Origin: Convolutriloba macropyga
Lineage: Eukaryota
Length of the DNA stretch: 64,000 bases
Assembly: GCF_964194025.1 (NCBI RefSeq)
Contig: NC_134472.1
Location: 71,486,001-71,550,000 of the forward strand
Reading direction: 5' to 3'
Shown: piece after piece, positions 13,661 to 25,845 of the stretch
Layout of the letters: the number at the start of each line of letters is the position of its first letter
Position numbering within the stretch: position 1 is the first letter of the stretch
The notes under the pieces: model-generated
What the model was told of the DNA's origin: nothing
The model's input: the letters and a program-made list of their open reading frames with translations, nothing else
Databases searched by the model: none
Position numbers and translations under genes: made by a program

Positions 13661-14521
13661 CTTTTTTGCTCTCGGTGAAGAGAATATATCGCAGGCTGAA
13701 AAAACGGACGATTGTTTAGTAAAACTAATTTTTGAAAAAAACTAAATCCAGAAACCATTTTATGCACTGTTGAAAATTTTTCCTTACAACAGAAACTAGT
13801 ACAATTTAATCTATTGAAAATATATATTTTTTCAAAAACAGGCTTCTCAATGTTTTAGCTGGTTTAAATTTCTTCATTTTAATTATCTTTTAAAATTTTG
13901 TGCCCAATTTTTCGAAATTAAGAAAATCCGAATGCCATTTCTTTTTTTAAAAAACGAAAAAACATTACAAATTTGTTAGATTACAATCGAATCTAAGATG
14001 TATCAAACTGATAGGGATCTCAGAGAAAAGACATAAATTTTCACTGATTAATTAGTTCTATGTAATATTTGTTTTTAAGATAAAAACTCTATTAAGAAGT
14101 ATGAAGTACAATATGATGTTGCTATATGAATATGAATACCAATTATAACAGCAAGCCAATAAAAACAATTAGTTCAAATCTTTTTTGTCCAGTAAATAAA
14201 TCTTTTCAAAGTCAGCTTGGTAAAAATTGTTTTCCTTTGACCGGAAAAACTCAACTAAAGATTCTTTACTTGTTGGCAGAAAACTATGAATTGAGAAATA
14301 TGCGATATCTCATTGAACGGACGAAGGATTTTTCAAAAATTAAATCAGCCCACAACAAAGCACAGTAGACTTTGCACTGGAGTACCAGTTGAAGGGTGCA
14401 AACGGTATTTGAAGTCGAGCATTGATGATCCAGAGCCATCTATGAAGAGTACCGGTGATAGTTGCGCTGATATAGTTTTTGTTGTCCTATTATCTTTTCA
14501 GACTCTTGCATTTTTCTTGCA

Positions 14522-15107
14522 AATTCACTTACGCATCATAAGATGTCTCCAGTTGAATTCCGATGGTTATTTTGCAGATCTTCCAAGATTGTAGCAACGA
14601 ACGGTTGCCCTGTAAGATCTCGCGAAATACGGTTATCTTTTCACACAATAACTTTCATTTATACGATTCCTACAAGATAACGATCCCCGTATGAGACTCT
14701 TGCAGGATAACAAGACATTTGCTTGACTCTAGTTTAGACATCGTTATCTCTAAAATAGAGTCAAGCAAAAGTCTTGTTATCCTGCAAGAGCCTCACAAGA
14801 AACAGTTGTCTTGTAGGAATCGTGTAAGGGAAAGTCATCGTGTGAAAAGATAACTGTCTTTCGCGAGATCTTACAGGGTAACTGTCCTTTGCAACAATCT
14901 TGGAAGATCTTCCCGTACTAAACGCCACGTCAACATCAGTACTGGGCAAGTCTAATTGCAAGTCTAGGTATCAGTAATGATTGCCAAGTCATTAACCGTA
15001 TTTCCGGAGATCTTACAGGGTAACCGTCCTTTGCAACAATCTTGGAAGATCTTGCAAAATAACCATCGGAATTCGACTAAAGACATCTTATGTTGCGTAA
15101 GTGAATT
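14522..15107. mobile_element. Foldback/TIR element
   Basis: aattcacttacgcatcataagatgtct / agacatcttatgttgcgtaagtgaatt. Inverted arms meet near 14745, and the right arm has an internal duplication. The ccgatggttattttg motif resembles the terminus of the 25846 element. Confidence 0.8.
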
Positions 15108-15499
15108 CTCATTACGCACCGTTGCCATCTATCAATTGCTACAAATAAGAAAATCCGTATTACAATCCTAATACATGGTAGGAAAATTTTCAAACCGGAG
15201 TTGAGTTATAACTCTGTTATAACTGCCATTTCAGCAACATTACCATAAAAGGAAATGAGAAAATTCATTTTATTTATTACGCAATCTGGGAGGTAATTTA
15301 AATCTATTTTGTTTAGTAAATTCCGATTTAATTAAATTTTCAATTGAACAGTGACAACGGCCTGCAGTGCTGTTTTAACACAGTTCCAATTTCACTGGTC
15401 TTTCAGTTATAGTTTAAATCTTCATGCCAGTTTTTTAATCTTGTTATCAAGTTTTCTTCTTGCAATGCCTCTTTAAATCTTTGAAGACTTCCCAGTTGT

Positions 15500-15811
15500 T
15501 TAATTCCCTCTCGCGAATATCTTGTAGTTCTTCCACCAACAATCTTCGCCCTTGCTTCGGTCTACAGCTTTGGTTCCGCAGCAATACATGCCGGATCCCT
15601 CATTGACGACTCCATCACAGCAAGTGCTGGTTGCTCTATCGTATGCTTGAGAGTTGCAGCAGAACAGACCGGATCCAGGCTGCAAGATTCCGTCACAACA
15701 CGTGTACAGCCTACGATCATACTTCCCACAAGAATTCGCACAACACGAGTACGCTGTTATTGATAAGACAATCAAGCTGTATACGGTTATCGATGAAGCT
15801 AAGGATTTCAT
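15500..15811 (-). CDS. Galaxin-like secreted CC-repeat protein B, single exon, 103 aa
   Basis: Signal peptide, N-terminal CGKYDRRLYTCC matching paralog A (CGHYDRRHKTCC), and four periodic CC motifs. Confidence 0.88.
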   Translation of the reverse strand: MKSLASSITVYSLIVLSITAYSCCANSCGKYDRRLYTCCDGILQPGSGLFCCNSQAYDRATSTCCDGVVNEGSGMYCCGTKAVDRSKGEDCWWKNYKIFARGN

Positions 15812-17191
15812 TTTATTCTGTAGAAAATTGTGATTTATTGACCTTCACTTCAAGTTCGAACGTTGGGTTTGCAAATACAAAATATGATTAACGAGTTTCG
15901 GTATCACATTTAGCATCAAAAAACGCAATGTCAACGACAGGAAGCATTATTTCTATACCCCCCCCCCTCCCTCCTAGTCCCTAGCCAAACTCCTCTCATG
16001 TCTAATTGTACGTTGAAAATTTATTCCATTCTCTATAATTTCCTGTAGTCCAACGAAAAGCGGTAGTTATTTTCATACTCGCTGTCTCCGTGCGATGATT
16101 ACATAAGGGCGACGTTACATTCGTCAGTAAGGTCCTAAGTTGTGCTTGCTCTAATTGTATGTTTGTTAATCAAAATCTCTTGACCTTCATCATAGATGTT
16201 TGATCCCTTTCTGAGTAATCCCAAAATAAATAATTATTCCAATAGCTCTGATCTAGGTCCCATGCTAATGATTGTTGCACGATTTTCGGGATTTATATAT
16301 ATGTGATAATGATCATCTCCTAAGCTTATTCTGTTAGCGTATTTTTTTTTATCTAAAACAAAAATGCCACGGTTTATTTATTTTTTACTGCGATGTGGCC
16401 ATAAATCAGGAGTCATATTTTTCAACTTTTTGCAATTATCACTGGAATGAAGCTCATCAACTGTTTGCTCAAGAGACATCACTCGAAGGACTAAATGTCT
16501 GCATGATGCTCTCTCAAAAGGCTGCAAATTTTGCTAAATATGTAACTTGATTGTATTTCTAGCCTTTTATAAAATTTATTATGATTATTACTATTGATCA
16601 TATTATGTATCCCAAATTAAATACAACTATGCAAACCATTGAAATGAAACTTGATACACCTCGCCATGTCATGTCATTCTTGTCATGTCTCTGATTCTTG
16701 AAATATCACTCGCCCACATCATGATAAAGTAACTTTCTGGAATATCTTGGTACCGTCTTGACTGACCCCAAAGTTTATGATGTTTTTTGTCTTATAATTT
16801 TCGCCAGAAATCTTTGCAAAAAATGGATAGAAAAATTAGGAATTTAAAGCAATCGATTCTGATAGACTTTAATAATGCACGCGTTTTTCTTCCATTATTG
16901 AGCGATTTTCTTTTCTAAATAATGCAAGAAAAAACGCGTGCTTTATAAGAGTGTATGAGAATCGATTTCGCGATAAAAATTGAAGCAAAAAATCTTGCAA
17001 ATTTTTGCAATCTAGAAAATTTCTATGAAGACTGTGTGTAGATTCGAAATCACAGTAGTTGACGCTCAAGAAAACGAGGTCTAAGCGTCTGATCAAATTT
17101 GAGAAAATTGGAGAGCTATCAAACACTGTTAAAAGAAACACGCTTCTTGCCTTCGTCTTAGATGACCTGTTCGTTTTGATTTTTGTGACAT

Positions 17192-17391
17192 NNNNNNNNN
17201 NNNNNNNNNNNNNNNNNNNNNNNNNNNNNNNNNNNNNNNNNNNNNNNNNNNNNNNNNNNNNNNNNNNNNNNNNNNNNNNNNNNNNNNNNNNNNNNNNNNN
17301 NNNNNNNNNNNNNNNNNNNNNNNNNNNNNNNNNNNNNNNNNNNNNNNNNNNNNNNNNNNNNNNNNNNNNNNNNNNNNNNNNNNNNNNNNNN
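17192..17391. other. Assembly gap (200 N) inside the galaxin-like cluster; further gaps at 61079-61226 and 62016-62215
   Basis: Runs of N. Confidence 1.
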
Positions 17392-18084
17392 ATATTGAGG
17401 AGCTGTAAACCTAAATATTTTCATGATTTTTTTTCTTGTTGACATAAGCAATTCGTGCTGTGGATCAATATTGTTTATTTTCACATAAATTTGGGGAACA
17501 AATTTTCAAAAACTACTGTTACAAATGGTTCATGCGTCGAAGTTGAGCGACAGGAAACGACTTTAACAAAAGTTTTTGTTTAAATGGCTAATTTCTGACC
17601 TCAAAAACTTGTTTAACTTACTACCTTCTTTAAAAAAATGCTTCGACTGTTTTTACTTCAAAATGTGTCTTGTTAAGTTGTGCTAAAGTTCAAGGCAGTT
17701 CGTCCATGTTGAATGTTCAACCAAAATTAAGGGGGCCATGAGATTGGAATTTCAAGTAAAATGCTCATCGATTTATTGAGTCCTGAGGAGATTGAAACTA
17801 GAACGAAGGCCAAATGAAACTTATGGTAACCAACGTCAAAAGCATTGATTTGATGTCAATACGCCTAATTTTGAACAGTTTAGGTTAAAGCCAGCATTCG
17901 TGCATAGTGGACATAACAGACGGCAGTTTTATTGATTTTGACGTAAAATTCAGTGTTAATTATAAGTTCTGCTCTAAGTTCTGAAATATAAACGAACAGT
18001 GAAACAAAAAAAATTAAACTGTTTTCAACAATCGATGGAGTTTTTCAAGTGCGCCACATTTCTGCTTTTCCTCTGAAATGAACT

Positions 18085-18392
18085 ACACCTGAAGTTACCT
18101 TGAATTTACCAGAAAATTACCCAAAAGTTTTAAGTTTTTTACCAGAAATTTTCAAGTGAAATTGAAGTTAGAGAATCTTCTGAGTCAGAAAAACTACCTG
18201 AAATTTTCGGGTGCCTTTTCCAGGTTTTTCAGTCAAGTTCATGTTAAAGTTCAGCCAGTGAAGACTAATTTTTTCAGGTAGCTTTTAGGAAAATTTCAAG
18301 TAACAAGTTTAGTTCAGGTTGGAACATTTTGCCCATTCAGTTAAACTCAGGTGTTTTTTTCAGGTAAATTTATCCGAACTCTATTTAGAGTG
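18085..18392. repeat. CAC-ended element with aaattacctga repeats; partial inverted copy at 38209-38325
   Basis: The reverse complement of the right end, cactctaaata...atttacctgaaaaaaacacc, matches cacactaaata...attacctgaaaaaacacc at 38209. Confidence 0.6.
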
Positions 18393-18720
18393 CGCTAAAG
18401 GTATTCATCGATTAATTTTTGCACAAAATAAATGTACGTATGTGATAAAGTTCCTAGCCCGCACTTCATGAAGGGTTGCAACAATAAATAGATTAGATGG
18501 AGTAGTTGGAGCTTCTTTACCAAATACCTAGGGGGGGTAGGGGGGGTTATTGTTAAACGATCCAATTGCTAGTTTTTAAGATCCTAGCAATAAATTGCAA
18601 AGCGCCGAAGATGAAAAATGCATATTAAAATTTATTTTATTGACGTGATATTTTTTGTTGTTTACTCAATGAATTCATTATATTTAGCGTTCAAAACTGT
18701 TCCTAAGGTTTGGAACGTTC

Positions 18721-19089
18721 TTAATCCTCAGATCTCATTCCACAGCAAGACCTCCACCCTCCTGAGATCAATTCTCCATTACAGCAGGTGTTGTGGTACT
18801 TATCATACGCCTCAGATCCACAGCAAAACTTATCCCACCCCTTGAAAATTTCTCCCCCACAGCAAGTGTAGAAAATGGAATCATAGGTCTTCCCACCGCA
18901 ACAAGATCTGCCGTATCCAGACTGTATCACTCCATCGCAGCAAGTGTCGAAAAACGAGTCGTATGCTTCGGTTCCGCAGCAGGATTTGTAGTAGCCCATT
19001 TTATGAAGAACTCCTTCACAGCAGGTGTCGTAGTAGGAATCGTATGTCTGGTTCCCACAGCAGGACAGCCCTGATCCGGAGTGAATCAC
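18721..19089 (-). CDS. Galaxin-like protein C, exon 2 of 2
   Basis: Acceptor ctttag|GTG, phase 0. Junction CCAG|VIHSGSGLSCC continues the repeat, followed by 9 more CC motifs. AATAAA on the minus strand near 18631-18636. Confidence 0.9.
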   Translation of the reverse strand: MIHSGSGLSCCGNQTYDSYYDTCCEGVLHKMGYYKSCCGTEAYDSFFDTCCDGVIQSGYGRSCCGGKTYDSIFYTCCGGEIFKGWDKFCCGSEAYDKYHNTCCNGELISGGWRSCCGMRSED

Positions 19090-19164
19090 CTAAAGCATGG
19101 TTGAGGGGTCAAAAATTACGCAACCATTATGAAATGGAGCCAGGCTTTGATCCTAACAATGATC

Positions 19165-19302
19165 GGATCCATTCTATCCCCCCCCCCAAATTACAAAATT
19201 ACATGTTATATAGCACGTTACTATGTAAAAAAATAGCACGTGCGCCTGGGGGCGTAAAAGATATGAGCCCACTAAGCTGAGGGGCTAAAACAGAATAGAT
19301 CA
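19165..19302. mobile_element. GG-ended MITE (Merlin-like), in intron of galaxin-like gene C
   Basis: Ends ggatccattct...agaatagatca; flanks caatgatc / cagtgatc (7/8). Internal gcacgttactatgt...gcacgtgcgcctgggg shared with the 48116 and 54428 copies. Confidence 0.8.
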
Positions 19303-19661
19303 CAGTGATCAACCAATTTGATCACCATTACATCAACTGGTCTTAAGCTCTAGAACGTGAGTATCTCTTATTAAAATTTCTCGCGTTCGTTCTTGTTCAA
19401 AGTCATCTCGCGAGTCAAGTTAGCTTTGAACAAGAAGAGCTTTCGTGTAAAGTTGTTTTAGCTTTATCTTAGACATTGGTTAATCTTTCAACCATTTTGG
19501 TTGTTCTTTTAACCTTCTAGCAAGTTAAATATTCCCAATTAAGTTAAAATTTTGGCATACGTTTTGACAAGACAAAAAAACCATTATATAAAGTCGCAAT
19601 CTTTATCCTTTCAATTATAAAATTAGTTATACCAATTTTACCAACTTCATACGAAAAATTT

Positions 19662-19744
19662 GGTCTTTCTCATTATAGCCCCCAGCACAGAGGTCATATA
19701 ACATGGGGGCCATATTTTTGTGGGGGCTATAATGGGTAAAGACC
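19662..19744. mobile_element. 83-bp hairpin mini-MITE in intron of gene C
   Basis: ggtctttctcattatagccccca / tgggggctataatgggtaaagacc, flanked by the direct repeat cgaaaaattt on both sides. Confidence 0.75.
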
Positions 19745-19889
19745 CGAAAAATTTCCTGTTGAACACATAAAATTGATCTTTTTCAGCCTTCACCGAAATG
19801 CATGAAAATTTCCTCTCAAAATACCGACAAGCGATTTGATTGAATAATTTGGCTATCAAGGTAATATAAGAAACCGAATTAATACACAC

Positions 19890-20396
19890 CCCAGCACAGC
19901 ACGAATCATAGAATTCATCATAGGCTTGGGTTCCGCAACATGACATCCCAGATCCGGAGTGCAAAACTCCGTTGCAACACGTTTTGTAGAACGAATCATA
20001 GGTCTGGCTACCACAACACGAAAGTCCAGATCCAGAATGAATCTCTCCATCGCAGCAGGATTCATAGAAGTCATCGTACGCTTTGGATCCGCAACAAGAC
20101 TTCCCGGAACCCGAATGCAGGACACCCTCGCAACAAGTTTTATAAAAGGAGTCGTAAGCTTGGGCTCCGCAGCATGACTTTTTACCAGGGTGCAAGACAC
20201 CATTGCAACAGGTGCTGTAATACGGGTCGTATGTTTTGTTCCCGCAGCAAGTTTTGTCAGCACCGCTGTGAAGAACTCCGTCGCAGCAAGTTTTATAGCA
20301 AGAATCGTAGGTTCCACACGATGCGCTCAAGCATTTTACCATGATAGTAGCCCAAAATACGAAGGAAATTAAAAGATTTGCGAAAATTGGTTTCAT
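19890..20396 (-). CDS. Galaxin-like secreted CC-repeat protein C, exon 1 of 2 (169 codons; spliced product 291 aa)
   Basis: Signal peptide and 11 CC motifs in a 26-aa repeat (CCG.qaYDsfY.tCC.GvlHsGsg.s). The repeat breaks at a GGG|GTGTGT donor; the ORF-track tail beyond it is intron read-through. Confidence 0.9.
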
Positions 20397-23300
20397 TATG
20401 AGAGACTAACAACCTTTTATCAAATTTAAATAAATTTTTATCAATTTCTAGTCCTGAAAAATGGCAAAAAATAGAGCAACTGTTTAAACTATAGGATAAT
20501 TGTTTAAATAGTATTCAAACAATAGCTGTTGATATTCGAGCTCAGGGAAAATATCTAATTCTAAAATTCATAAAACTGTGTAAATTTTTAGGCTTTTGTT
20601 AAATTGTCAAAATCAGGCAATCTAAAACTGAACACGAAATATGTACTGATTGATGGCTATATCATTTGATTTTTAATTTGATCCGATCACTGATTCCTAT
20701 TAATTTTTCACTTGCGGATCATGATAGTAAAATTACTTTTTCGTAATTATTTTGATTTTTTTTTCAATATTGCCGCTCCAATTATAATGTTATTTAATGC
20801 AAAAAGCGGTGATAACTTACCCTGGGGAGTTGCGTGAACTAAATAACTGTTCAGATTATAATTGGTATATCACAAAATGTCAATTAATACAAATTCATTG
20901 TTATGGCTTTTCTGTTAGCATTGTTTTTGACAATGCTGTGTAACATTAAGTTTTAAACTTTACCGGTTATTAAGCCAGAACTTTCACATTCAAGAAAACG
21001 GAAAAAAAGAATATAACTCATTTAAACGATGTCAACTAATACCAGTTTTGCCACAAATTGACAATTTCTCCTGGATATTTTTCCAACCTAATAACATATA
21101 CAACCCTGAAATTTGGTAACTTAAAATTGATCATTGAGAAATAATTGAGAAATTGAAATCAGCTAAAAAAGTTTATTAAATTCAATTAACGGTTCCTATA
21201 GCCTACTATGATCTGTCTGATAAAAATTTTTTAAAAAATTGGTTAAGTTAATTAAAAATAAAAATTGCAAAAGAACATTGACTTATCGTTCAAGAGCGAT
21301 TAAGACGACCATATAAGACAATTCAACTAGTTGAACATGGCCCCTTCGTAACTGAATACAAGTAGACTTTACCATTAGTTTGGACTCTTTTACAAAATTT
21401 TTTCATGATTAACATCCAAAAAGCATTCGATGAATCCCGAAAAAGCCTTTGAAAAACCAAAGACATGCAGAAACAGGTCAAATTTGAAGCATATGAAGCG
21501 GATCGTTTCATCCTTTTTCCCCCCATAAGAACCCTTTTTCCACAATGAGAGAAAACAGGTCTAATGAAACGAAATGAAGTGAAAGGAATATAAGTGAGTT
21601 AAATGTTATTATCAAATAGTAGAATAAGTTTCAAAGAAGTATAAAAAATGAATGCATAATTGTATAAATCCAAAAAATCAGCAAAAAATTCTGATTTTTC
21701 AACCGATTCTCAAGTTCTGTACAATGCAATAGTAAAGATTTATCCTTAGCTATAACTGAAATTAATGCAACATTTATTTTCCGTATATAGTTATTTACAA
21801 TTTTTATCTTAAAATACGTGCAATTGTAACTATGATAATTTCAGCGCAAAGATTATGCACCAATTGTAACAAAAGACAGCAGAGCTTCATCGGAACGAAA
21901 TCGGAGGAATCCTGCAAAGTAAACCTTGTCTTGGAACATCTAGCAAGATTAACATCTTAACGTCGTGTTGCAAGATTTTGAAAGGCTAACTCCCTTTTGC
22001 AAGAATCTTGTGAGATCATGCAAGATTAACATCTAATGCTGGCCAAGGAGTTACAGTGTTTTATAAGTGCCATCTGTAAAAACCTGTTTAACGCATGGAA
22101 GAAAACGTAAAAGAATTACGTATTATGGATTGCAAATTCAATTGTCCGCTCAAATTAAAAGAAAATAAACTAATATTTTTTGGACGCCTCTGTTTAGAGT
22201 CTTCCTTTTTGGTTACGTTTACGTCCACATGCAGAGAAATCTTCAATTTTCAGATTAGTAAGGCCTATACAACTATGCGTTTTTTAAAACTCATTCACCT
22301 TTAAATAGATGGATGTGAATTTTTGAAATGCAAAGAATATGATAACCGCAACTAATCTCATATTGAAAACTGATATGAACAAGGCGACTCGGTAATATGC
22401 AACTGCACATAAGGTTCCGACCTCTCTCATCCACAATTTTGGCATGATTGTCTGCCAAATGAGGAACCCAAAAATTCAAGTATTTTAAAAAAAAATTGGT
22501 GTATGAACGAAAAGATAGCCTCCAAAGCAAATAACTCAGTGGTGGGGTAAAAATGGTGCATTAGATTGACAAGATGTGCAAATATTAAGAAGAAGTGTCA
22601 AGACAAACAGCAAATTCAAACAACAACAACAAAAATTAATAACTTCAAAAAATTTCATGTCCGTTTTAAAATAAAAAAAATTAATAACAAAGACAAAATA
22701 GCGTCAGATAAAACTGAAATTAAACAACATAACTTGTAATTCACCAGAAAAGATATGAGATTAGTCAATAATAAGGCTTCGTAACAATTATGCAAGTGTA
22801 TGATGACCAATGCTTCTATAAAAGGAATTAGGAACTGCCGGTGTTCAATGCTTTTGCGGATAAAAAAAGAACAACAAAAAGTCAACAAACAAAAAATCAA
22901 TTAAATTTTGGCAGAAAACGCTTTCGAAACCGTAAAACCATACTATGGCTATCAAAATATGTTCGATTGCGTTTTTTGCGAGCACCGATAATGTATTATG
23001 TGACCTCTCATGAATGAAGCTAGGTAACAAGTAGACGAAAATGAAAAAAAAAATGCAAAATTAAGTAACATTTTACTTTTTTTTGGAAAAAAAATATTTC
23101 CAAGGACATGAACGCCATTTAATACAAAATCGAATAATTAAATAGTTTCGTGTATTCTTCCAAAGGAAGCCATTGAGAATTGCAATTATGCAGAATATGT
23201 CTTTTGTCTGCAAAAAGAACGTCAACTATGACAAAAATAGACTTGTTTTTCCGTGTCGAAGCCAGTAATGTCAACGAAAAATTAAAGAAATTAGATTGTG

Positions 23301-24489
23301 TGACACATATGCCTTTTGATTTTTTCTATTGCAACAATTATGTCGTACTTGGCCTGTAATTAACGAGACTAGATAAATAACGGATAATAAAAAAAACAAA
23401 ATTGCGAAGTTTAAAGGTGTTTTTTTTTATTTGGAAAACAATTGTTTTCAGAATCATGAAAGCCATCAGCTATCTACTATTATCAAAACATTGATTCATC
23501 TATTTTTCCACTGAAAGCTAACGAAACCGGTCAATGCACAGGAACTTTCATACGCCTGAAAAGACACAGTAAAACCGAAAATATAAAAAAAAATTCAATT
23601 AAATTCTTTGACTACGTAATGTCGAAGCCGTTAAAACAAGAGTTTTTATCTTTAAAGATTTTAATAATATCGAACGTGTTTTACTTCGAACACCAATAAT
23701 GTGATATATGAACTGCCAATGATGTGATAAGATGACAAAACTCGAAAAAGTTAAAAATGGGCAAATACGTGGAAATAAAATGTGAAATAGTGGTATCAGA
23801 GCCAGAAAACCATAACTTACGGCGTAAAACCGCAATAAAGATTGAAATGGATTTCTCCAGAAAGAAGAAGCAGTTTTTAATTGCTGACAAAAAGCTACAA
23901 GTTGACCAAATTGAGAGAAAAAAAGAGGCAAATTTAAATAAGTCATTATTTACTTAAAAGTCAAATACTTTTAAAAGTAAAGAGGACCATAAGCTTTCAA
24001 GTAATCAACTAGATACAATAGTGTGAAGTTAATTTGGAAGCCATTTGGACTTTTTATTAGTGAGTTTTGGTTTGAAATGTTCTGTTATTTAACTAATGTA
24101 GAAAGATCAAATTTTTTTAATAAAAAAATCGACTGATTACAATCCCAATTATTTTTGGATTATACCAGTTCATGATTGGTCCAAAACAAGCCCTGCTAAT
24201 GCTGCTTGTTCATTAGGAACACTTAATTATTCGAATGTTATAGATATTGATATTTCGTTAGTTAAAAAAAATCAAAAATTCATGCTGCGTTATTGATGAT
24301 CAACGAATAAATTTAGCAAAAAACGGCATTGTTTTAATTACAGAGCACTCTCTACGGAATTTTAAGTCGAAAAAGCCCCCCTTTTGAGTCTACAAAGATT
24401 GTGTTAGCGGTGTTTGGGTCTGTTCTTCCGGTAAATTTAATCAAACTGGACTAAAAAAAACTTATTTCGTGCTGTTTTTGATCAAAAAG

Positions 24490-25335
24490 TCTTTATTTTG
24501 AAATATTTAGCCAGAATATTTGAAAAAATCAATAAAAATAGCTTACAATATTTTTTTCATTTTCAAATAAAAATCAACAACACTTTCTAAAAACTAACAA
24601 TTTTTAGCAAAATTGGAAAAAAATTTAGTCAAAGTTTTTGTCAAAAGTTTCGGAAAATGTGAATAAAATCTCACCGGAATTCAATCCATTGTCTGAAAAT
24701 TTAAACCTCGATAACTCCCTGTAAAAAACCAAGACTAAAAAAATTCTTTTCAACTCCATATTCTACGCTGGACAAGCTTTCTAATGATACCAGTGTCAAC
24801 TCTCTACAATGAATATATCGATCGGCTAAAATTGTCTGAACAAAAAAAACCATTTGAGTATATAGTTCCTTCCCCTTCAAGAGGGGTCGGATGAATAATA
24901 TTCAATGACAGGTGGGTTGAAATGAAGTATATGAACTACAATAATTTGTACTACCCTTGATTTGATAAAAGACTTCAATTTCGGATCCCTCTTTTTCTGG
25001 AAATGCGTTTGATGAATTCATCAAACGCATTTCCAGAAAAAGAGGGATCCGAAATTGAAGTCTTTTATCACTTCAAGGGTGTTACAAATTATTGTAGTTC
25101 ATACACTTCATTTCAACCCACTTTTCATTGAATATTATTAATCCGACCCCTCTTGAAGGGGAAGGAACTATATACTCAAATGGTTTTTTTTGTTCAGTCA
25201 ATTTTGGCCGATCGATATATTCATCGTATAGAATTTTGAGTGGTATCATTAAAAAGCTCGTCCAGCGTAGAACTTGAAATTAAAAAGATTGTTTGATTTT
25301 CCTTTTTTTCGAGGAATTATCGAGGATTAAAGTTT
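24490..25335. repeat. Large foldback element centred at 25016/25017; arm homologues at 1-390 and 62941-62990
   Basis: Perfect loopless 108-bp palindrome at 24963-25070. Imperfect arms run about 310 bp each side. The left arm aligns by eye with window positions 1-390. Confidence 0.9.
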
Positions 25336-25845
25336 TGTGTGAACATGTGATATTTTGTTCACTTTTAGTGTAATTTACGTGTAAATTAGTGTAATTCTTC
25401 AAATTAAGATAATTGAAGTTAACTGAACCCCAATTGAAGCCTTACCCTAGTTGAACAAGGTCAATGCAGAAAAACTGTCGCCTCTATCAGACCGTTATCA
25501 TTCAGTGAGTTTCTCTTCGCTCAGGAAAGAACAACTTTCACGATTTTGAATATGTTTTACGAGATATTAAAAATATTAACGTAGCTAGTTCTTGAAAGAT
25601 AAAGCTCAAAGGCAAAATTTTTGAAAAAATCTCGTTAAAAAAGTTTTCACTATGGAAAACAACGTTTATATTTTCCTTTTTTAATGCCAAATGATATAAT
25701 TATTTGGTAGAACAATGCTACAATGGCCAATCTTACCTTTTGTTTTGCTGATATTAAATTGATGAAATCAAGGAAGTCCACGCGCTAATATTAAACCGGC
25801 AATTAACCGCAATTTTTCACCTTCTATTTGAAAGTGGCATTAGAG

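Noticed and set aside
19647-19889. C-terminal 80 aa of the 249-aa ORF
   Set aside because: Intron read-through: the repeat stops at a donor site, and the segment includes a MITE.
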